63,748 nt of DNA, from assembly GCF_001194135.2 (NCBI RefSeq), contig NC_069002.1:2708075-2771822 (forward strand). Direction: 5' to 3'. The position numbers were made by a program, and so were the translations under genes. Source of the stretch: Octopus bimaculoides. Its lineage: Eukaryota. Of this stretch, positions 55,781 through 63,748 are shown piece by piece (position 1 is the stretch's first letter; the number at the start of each line of letters is the position of its first letter). The notes under the pieces are model-generated. The model was not told the DNA's origin. It saw only the letters and a list, made by a program, of their open reading frames with translations, and did not search any database.

Positions 55781-57294
55781 GTGCCAACATTTAAAACCAG
55801 TATCAGGTAATAGATTCTATTATCAGAAAAGCAGTGTGAGAGAATTGTGAAGAAGTTAGCATGAAACGATGAAGTACCAGCTTTCGTTCCCCTGCATAGC
55901 ATTTTCTCTATTTTTCGCAGCCATCGGCGCGTTATCCGTGAGACACGATGAAGGAAATGCTCAGAATATGAAACAATTGAATGAAGGGTGTACCTGTACT
56001 CCAAATGGCACAGCCTTGTGACATTCTGTGTGACCCTAATTCTACCCGCGAATTTTTGAACGCTCAAATGATTCTGCTAATCCACCGGTATCTTTTACTT
56101 CCGCATGGCTTCTGTCTGTTATATAGATTCACTCACAAGAAATTCGTCGGTATGCTGCTATTTTTCCTGTTTGCTGTGGGTTTCAACCTACAACCATTCT
56201 TCTGGCTCGAACTTCTTAACCAACAGCCATACCAGCGCTAATTTTACTAGTAAGGCTTTTTGTTTTCATTTATCGATTTATTTGAAAAAATTTTGAAATA
56301 TTTTCTTCATAAATCTTTGTTGAATGTAATTTGGCTGCTTTGCCAATAGTCTGATTTTCCCCGATTTGTTTATAATGTGTCAGTAATTTCTCAGCACATA
56401 AACGAACGCAGCACTTTCTCCTTCTGCTTGAATTTAAAAGAACAGAAGTTAATAACGTGAATATTCTTGCATAATGAATGTAAAGGCGAATACGATATCA
56501 ATAAATGCACAGCTGGAGTAATTACAAAACAGCAACACTAAAACAGCATTAGACGAAATGGAATTCTTTAGGCTGAAAGTGAGTTCATGGACATTATATG
56601 GGTTTCTGATACACCTTCTCCACGTGAAGGCTCCAGGTTAGCTACACTTTATTACCAGTTACGTAACTTCTTTATGTAACTACTCATTACAATTAGGTAA
56701 TTACCCTTCTTAGCTACATGAGGAAATAGAATCGATATAATTATAATTTAAGAATATTTTACCTTGTTGATATATGTTTATATGTATGAATCGCCTTACG
56801 TAAATGTATCCATATTTATATATATATATATATATATATNNNNNNNNNNNNNNNNNNNNNNNNNNNNNNNNNNNNNNNNNNNNNNNNNNNNNNNNNNNNN
56901 NNNNNNNNNNNNNNNNNNNNNNNNNNNNNNNNNNNNNNNNNNNNNNNNNNNNNNNNNNNNNNNNNNNNNNNNNNNNNNNNNNNNNNNNNNNNNNNNNNNN
57001 NNNNNNNNNNNNNNNNNNNNNNNNNNNNNNNNNNNNNNNNNNNNNNNNNNNNNNNNNNNNNNNNNNNNNNNNNNNNNNNNNNNNNNNNNNNNNNNNNNNN
57101 NNNNNNNNNNNNNNNNNNNNNNNNNNNNNNNNNNNNNNNNNNNNNNNNNNNNNNNNNNNNNNNNNNNNNNNNNNNNNNNNNNNNNNNNNNNNNNNNNNNN
57201 NNNNNNNNNNNNNNNNNNNNNNNNNNNNNNNNNNNNNNNNNNNNNNNNNNNNNNNNNNNNNNNNNNNNNNNNNNNNNNNNNNATATATATATAT

Positions 57295-57435
57295 ATATAT
57301 ACGAAGGGCTTCTTTCAGTTTCCGTCTACCAAATCGACTCAACGCTTTGGTCGGCCCGAGGTTATAGTAGAAGACACTTACCCAAGATGCCACGCAGTGG
57401 GACTGCAGCCGGAACCATGTGGTTGGTAAGCAACA
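57295..57435 (-). mobile_element. SINE family B 5' half, low divergence
   Basis: TTTCAGTTTCCGTCTACCAAATC...TTTGGTCGGCCCGAGG.TATAGTAGAAGACACTT.CCCAAG.TGCCACGCAGTGGGACTG...CCATGTGGTTGGTAAGCAA. Confidence 0.9.
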
Positions 57436-58364
57436 GTGTTCTGTAGGCATGGGAAGATAAAGTTTGGATGATGGGTGTGCCTCCAGGATTCTCCAGAATG
57501 CCTAATTGGTTAGGTGTGCTATTACATATAATAAACAATTAATAATAGTTGCAGTGTAATAATTAAAAAGGGCAGAAAAAGAATAGGAGCGAAGATGAGG
57601 CTGTAAGAGAAGTACAACATATTAAAATAAATTAGGTATGGAAGGGGAAGTAAGCTACAAACTTCTCGAGATATATTGCAGGATCCATGGGGTGGGGGAT
57701 TTCGTTGCTCTTTGGCAGAAACGGTGTTATCATTTAACATAATATACTGTATAGGTGAAGAGACGCAGAAGGAGCTTTACATGATCGATCGATCTGCGAG
57801 AAATAACAGACAACAACTCTGAAATCGAAACTTACTGCCATAAACACTTTTTATATTATTGTACCTGTTACACTGTTATTTGAACATGATGGATGGTAGG
57901 TCTTTGATCTAAGAATTGCTCAATAAATCTCACCTGAGGCTTAACAACATCAACAGCGACAACAAATTCGACAGCCACAGGAATCCCGTATGCGACTATG
58001 TTATAGCTACTCAAAGCCGTGTACATTAAATATAGTTTCATTATTCTCCTAAATGCAATTTACCTGAAGTTAGATGTGAAAATGCTGTATGTTTGAACGT
58101 AATAAATTTTCTATGAACTGACATAATTCCTTTGATTCATTATGTATACAGATCGAATCATATATCAGCCGTTACCTTTACCCATTTCCCATCACATGCA
58201 AATGCTCTTCTGTTTCCTGTCGTTTGATAGCTAAACGCGAGCCCTATTATTCACAGACGTTCCAATAGTGTTTAATACGTTTTTTATGGTTATTTAGGAC
58301 TGCACGAGATAATGCGCCTTAGCCTTACCAACGACGTGATTTGAGAGACACAGCTTCGATTTCA

Positions 58365-58500
58365 TTTAATTTTTTTATCTTTAATTTGACTCAGTCCTTA
58401 AACCGACGGCCATGTTGCAGCTCCGCCTTGAAGAATTTTAGTCGAATGTATCAACACCAGTAATTATCTTTTTAAACGTGGTACTTACTTTAGCGGTCTT
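58365..58500 (-). mobile_element. SINE family B 3' part
   Basis: GACGGCCATGTTGCAGCTCCGCCTTGAAGAATTTTAGTCGAA; homologous to 59190-59280. Confidence 0.6.
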
Positions 58501-59164
58501 GCAATACCCACATGCACACATATGTGTGTATGTGCGCGCGTGCGTGTGTGTGTACATACTTTTGTACGTGACTGCTTTTGTCTTTGTGTCTACCTTTGAG
58601 TTTTTGCGTGTTTATAAATGTCTGGATGTGGGAGTACTTTCCAAATCTTCTTATAATTTTCACGTTCTATATCTCTCTTATTAGATTAAAATAAACAACC
58701 CTCGAGGATTTATTTCAGTGTAATCTTCCTACTAAATTTGTCTGGAAACTTTCAACTTTCAAAAATATCCGACACTATCTTGATCTTGATATTGTTGTTC
58801 GATGGTAGCATTCTCGTATATAAATATCCCGCAGGCGATAGCAACAGGATATTTTTCAAACAATTTTAATTGGTTGTATAACAGTTAATTGGTTGGTTCC
58901 AACAGTGTTGTTCTCCTCATTGGCAATGCGGTTATATACTAACAAATCATTTATTTCTTCTTCATTTTACTTTAGTTTTATTTTAAGCGTCCCAGCATAA
59001 ATTTATCGAAGGTCTTAGAGTAATTATCATACGTTGTTACCGCCTAAGACCAAACATTTAGTGAAGAGGCCTAGGATTGATAATGTAAAAATAATATAAG
59101 ACGATGTGTGATAATCGTGTTTACGAATTACAGCGTTTCAATGAAAATAATACATAGCTTCTTT

Positions 59165-59625
59165 ATATCCTTTTATCTTTAACTTGCTGCAGTCATAAGA
59201 CTACGGCCATGCTGAGGCACCGTCTTGGAGAACCGTCTTGGGGAACCGTCTTGGGGAATTCTAATCGAATAAATCAAATCCTGTACAATTTCTTAAAGCC
59301 TGATACTTATTTTATTCTATCTGTCCTTTTCTGGCCGCACTATGTTACGGGGAGGTAAACGCACCAACATCGGTTGTCAGTAGATGGTGTGGGACAAATA
59401 CATACTGGAAAGCACATACACACACGCGCACGTACGCACAGACGTACACACAGACACACACGAACATATATATGACGGACTTATTTCAGTCTCCGTCTAC
59501 CAACTCCACTCACAAGGAATTGGTGGTCTCTTGGTTATAGTAGAAGACTCTTGCAACAAGTGCCAGGAAGAAGGACAGAAACCAGAATTAGAAAGCAGAA
59601 CTATAATTACCACACAGCCACAACT
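59165..59625 (-). mobile_element. SINE family B, near full length, with internal 13-bp triplication
   Basis: Head, core, (CA)-rich middle and tail are all recognisable. CCGTCTTGG(A/G)GAA x3 at 59220-59258. Confidence 0.8.
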
Positions 59626-59844
59626 GAGCCTATTATAATAATTATAAAGACAATGATTGATTCAGAGACGCTTGTTATCGCGCCTTGCTGTAAATAGTAA
59701 AGTGCCAAGTAAACACACACACACCCACGCAGACATACAACCACACACCCACACACCCACACACATAGAACCACACACACACACATATACACAGACACGC
59801 ACACACGCAAACACGCACACACTTACACACACACATACGTACAT

Positions 59845-59945
59845 TTTTCACTCATTTTGACGTTCGGCAAGAATAGAAATGTCCTTGACGCTTCGAGCCA
59901 ACGCTCTTTGACAGAAACTGTTGAGAGGAAAAAGAAAAAATGGAG
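59845..59945 (-). mobile_element. Penelope-terminus-like dispersed repeat, copy 2
   Basis: Reverse complement TGTCAAAGAGCGTTGGCTCGAAGCGTCAAGGACATTT aligns with 11395-11430. Confidence 0.5.
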
Positions 59946-60051
59946 AGAGAACGAAAACATATGAACAGAACACATGTGTAGGAATTACGGTTCAACATGA
60001 TTATATATATATATATACATTATATAGATAGATAGAGAGATAGATAGAGAG

Positions 60052-60140
<89 letters not shown>

Positions 60141-60282
60141 CGAACATAGGAATTTCGGAAGGAAATGCTCAAATCCCTTTGCTTCTTTCTCTGTGAATGT
60201 GTGTGAATTTGTCTTTATGTTCCTTAACACTCACAAACACACGCAAACACCTACTAAGATAGGAAGAGAGAAAGAGAGAGAT

Positions 60283-60323
<41 letters not shown>

Positions 60324-60488
60324 AGGAGAGAGGAAGAAAGAAGAACAGAGTGACAGATAGTCAGTCAATTAGATATATTGCTAATTAGATTGACTGATTG
60401 ATTGATAGGTTGATTGGTAGTCAGACAGATATTTAGACAGGTGGACAGACATAAACACCCACACACCAAGAATGTAAAAGGGAGAGAC

Positions 60489-60536
<48 letters not shown>

Positions 60537-61131
60537 CCGTACACAGCTGGTATAGACGATTCTCATTTACAACAGAGTGTATATAACCAAAAACAAGCGA
60601 TAATAATCGTCTTTTTTTTTTTATATTTCAAACTTTTAAGACGGCGTTAAATGATGTTTAATGTAATAATGTTGCATTAAAGAAAATGCCACTGAATAAG
60701 TTGAAAGATATAATTAAGGTATCGCTACTGTGAAAATGTAATTATAATTATAAAGGTGAAGAAATATAACTGGAAACTGACCTGTTATCACTATGGCATA
60801 CAATATCATCGTGTGTGGATGTACTTGTGTCAATGTCTATACGAACACACACACACTTATACACACACAAGTATATATATGCGTGTGTGTGTAGTTATGT
60901 GTGTATACATATACGTGTGCATGACGTATATATACATAAATAGACAAATATATATATGTATACATACATACATATATATATATGTATGGTATATATATGT
61001 ATGGTATATATATATATATATGCACACACACGTATGTTTGTATATATATATATAGCTATTTATATCTATTATATGTATATATACCTATACACATCTAGAT
61101 ATATAGAGAAAGAGAGTTAAAAGTGTCCGTC

Positions 61132-61268
<137 letters not shown>

Positions 61269-61424
61269 CTGCGTAAACAATTTCGGGGAAAGGAAATTGG
61301 CAGAGTTAATAAAGCACTAGCTAAAATGCCATACAATGTTTTACTCTTCTCTAAAGCCCACCTCAGTGGGCTTTAGATAGACTCCATCATGTGTGTGTGT
61401 GTGTGTGTGTGGAGTAACTATACA

Positions 61425-61760
61425 TTAACGCGAGGTATGTACAATTTCCTGTAAGTGAGAATGTCTCATGGAAATGGCATTGACTCGGAGGACGACGGGG
61501 TAGATGCGCTGGAACAGCCACTCTGACTTACGGGGCTTGCACTTGAGGATAGCCATCTCTAACCCGATAGCGGCGAGCAAGGATATAGTCCGGCGACCAA
61601 AAGCGCTGGAGGTCTCAAATATCACAAGCTCGAGCATGTACCTAACAATTCATCTTAGGACGATGATTATGAAGTTGATGTTGTTGCGGTTGTTTGTGCT
61701 ATACTTGTTCATACCGCTGGTTATGGTAGCTTTTGCTGCTCTCTTTGTGAAAATGCTGGG
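61425..61760 (-). mobile_element. CRE-clade-like non-LTR retrotransposon REL endonuclease remnant
   Basis: One frame reads RAAKA...NKY...*IVRYMLELVIFETSSAFGRRTISLLAAIG...PRKSEWLFQRIYPVVLRVNAISM. This matches AA..AE..K..KY...F.P.A.ET.G.FG......L..IG......R...LFQRIS.A..RGNA.SI. Confidence 0.7.
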
Positions 61761-62438
61761 ATCGTTGTTTCTATTTTCTTTCTGGATTTCTGGTTTCGTC
61801 GTCTTTACCGTTGTTGTTACTATAGTTCTCGTCACCGTCCTTTGTGTAGCCGTTTGTGGCTGTAGACGTCTGTATTATATCTGTCGTAGTATTTATTTGT
61901 CGCTGTTGCTGTTATTGTTGTCGTCGCATTTGTTACATTTGATGATGATTTTTGTTGTTGTTAGTTTCATGTTGTTGCTGCTGGTATTATTGTTGTTACA
62001 GTCACTGTTGTTGCCACTGTTGTTGGTGTTGTACTTTGTTATGGCAGTTGCTGTTGTTGTTGTTGCTGTTGTTGCATCTGCTGTCGATGTTGCGTTAGTT
62101 AATTTCCTGCATCAGTGACGTGTATTGACTGAGGGAATAAGGAACGTTGAAACGTTCCAAAACGAGTTATCCAAGAGCAAGTGTTTAGACAGAGAAGGAG
62201 AGACAGAGACAGAGACAGAGAGGGGGGGGGCAGTGCAAAAGAGTGAAAACGAGAGAAAAGAAGAGGCGATCATACATCAATCAGCAAGATCACACAGAGA
62301 CTTGTAACCATAAACTCACACACACAGATGCAGAGAGCACGGTGAAGAGAGAGAGAGAAAGATTGCATAGAGTTTGAAAAATAAAGATTAACATAGGGAG
62401 GGGGGAAAACGAAGAACAATATATATATACATATATAT

Positions 62439-62499
<61 letters not shown>

Positions 62500-63715
62500 G
62501 GCATGTTTGTGTTGGGGGGGGGAGAAAGAGAAAAGAGTAGAGAAGAGAAATACCGAGAAACTGAGGTGAAACAGTGATAGATGTTAGAGAGAGGCGTAAA
62601 GGACAGCAGATGAGGAAAGACGTGGAAAGACGACATAGAGACGGAGAGAGGGAGAGTGCGAGAGCCTCTAATTAGCTAGACAAGGATAGAGAGAAAAAGA
62701 TCTTAAGAAACAGACAGACTGACAGAAAGTCGTAGACGAACAGTGTGATATGAGGCATGAGGGGGAAGAGGGAGAGATGCATGTGGTGTTTGTCGCATGG
62801 CAAATTACCAAGACAATGTACTTGAAAACTATAATAAAGTTCATTTCAGTCCAATGGCAGTTTTTCGTGGATTTCCGGAAACTCCGCGGTAATTCGGTCA
62901 TTTCCGTAGTGAAGTGAAAGCAGCTAACTTCATAAGAGAGTGTGTGATTAAAAGGGTAGTACAATGAGTGATTAATTAGATGTATGAGAGAGGGAGTGAG
63001 GGAACGAGGGAGGGTATTAGGAGTGGCTGGTTGGTTGGTTGGCTGCATCAATGCATGTACAGTTGNNNNNNNNNNNNNNNNNNNNNNNNNNNNNNNNNNN
63101 NNNNNNNNNNNNNNNNNNNNNNNNNNNNNNNNNNNNNNNNNNNNNNNNNNNNNNNNNATATATATATATATATATATATTTCTTTATTTCTCGACAAAAT
63201 GAAAATTACTAGTATCCTTGATTGAGGATAATCTTCATATGTTGTACCTCCCCCTCTCTTTCTCCCTTTCTCTCTTTCTCTCTGTATCTCTCTGATAACG
63301 GTATACTTAGCTTATGGAATTCATATTCAATAACATGACCCATATGTTTGGCAATCTTTGAAACAACTGTAAATTTAGCAATATTGTCCAAATGGCCAAC
63401 TTTCGGTGACATGCGCAACTGTGACAATACAGTTTAAGGAAAAAAGAAACTTATCAAATGTAGAAAGGCAAGGATTGCCTCCGGGGGTATTTAAAAGAAG
63501 GTATACACCTGCAAATGAAAACCGGGAACAGGACTGTAAATTGTCAAACTGAAAAGTCAAAGTCTATGGAAAAAAGTAAGCTAATATGTATGTGTGCTCG
63601 CGTGTGTACGCATGTATGCATGTGTTCATATGTAGGTTTATATATGTATGTATGTGTATATATGTACGGGTGTATGTGTATATACGTATTTAAGCGAGGG
63701 AGATTATCTCTTGGA

Positions 63716-63748
<33 letters not shown>

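Noticed and set aside
63440-63510. ClpP-like motif VYLLLNTPGG on the minus strand
   Set aside because: Isolated 10-residue resemblance, weak donor, and no neighbouring ClpP sequence.

Overview
AT-rich eukaryotic DNA that is mostly or entirely non-coding (intronic or intergenic). It is saturated with microsatellites ((AT)n, (CA)n, (ATAG)n, (CATA)n, (TAA)n, (GAA)n, (CT)n) and has 17 N-gaps totalling about 4.4 kb, most flanked by (AT)n. Repeat density and SINE types resemble octopus/cephalopod assemblies (inference from recall, not a search). I could not support any host protein-coding gene: almost all ORF-track entries are microsatellite or gap artefacts, and several convincing-looking exons resolved into decayed transposons. 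The recognisable content is a transposon graveyard: many R4/Dong-like non-LTR fragments (three different 3' ends stop at (TAA)n), a CRE-like restriction-like endonuclease (REL) remnant, LINE RT remnants, Tc1/mariner, hAT (Charlie/SPIN-like) and Helitron remnants, two tRNA-derived SINE families, and Penelope-like termini, one with a degenerate hammerhead ribozyme core. Best leads: the hammerhead-like repeats, microsatellite-targeting retroelements, an E2F/CHR/CCAAT/GC-box cluster near 10.2-10.6 kb, and a ~33-bp-phased ATCACG array near 52.2-52.4 kb. All family assignments come from motif recognition by eye and boundaries are approximate. I found no clear novel system.
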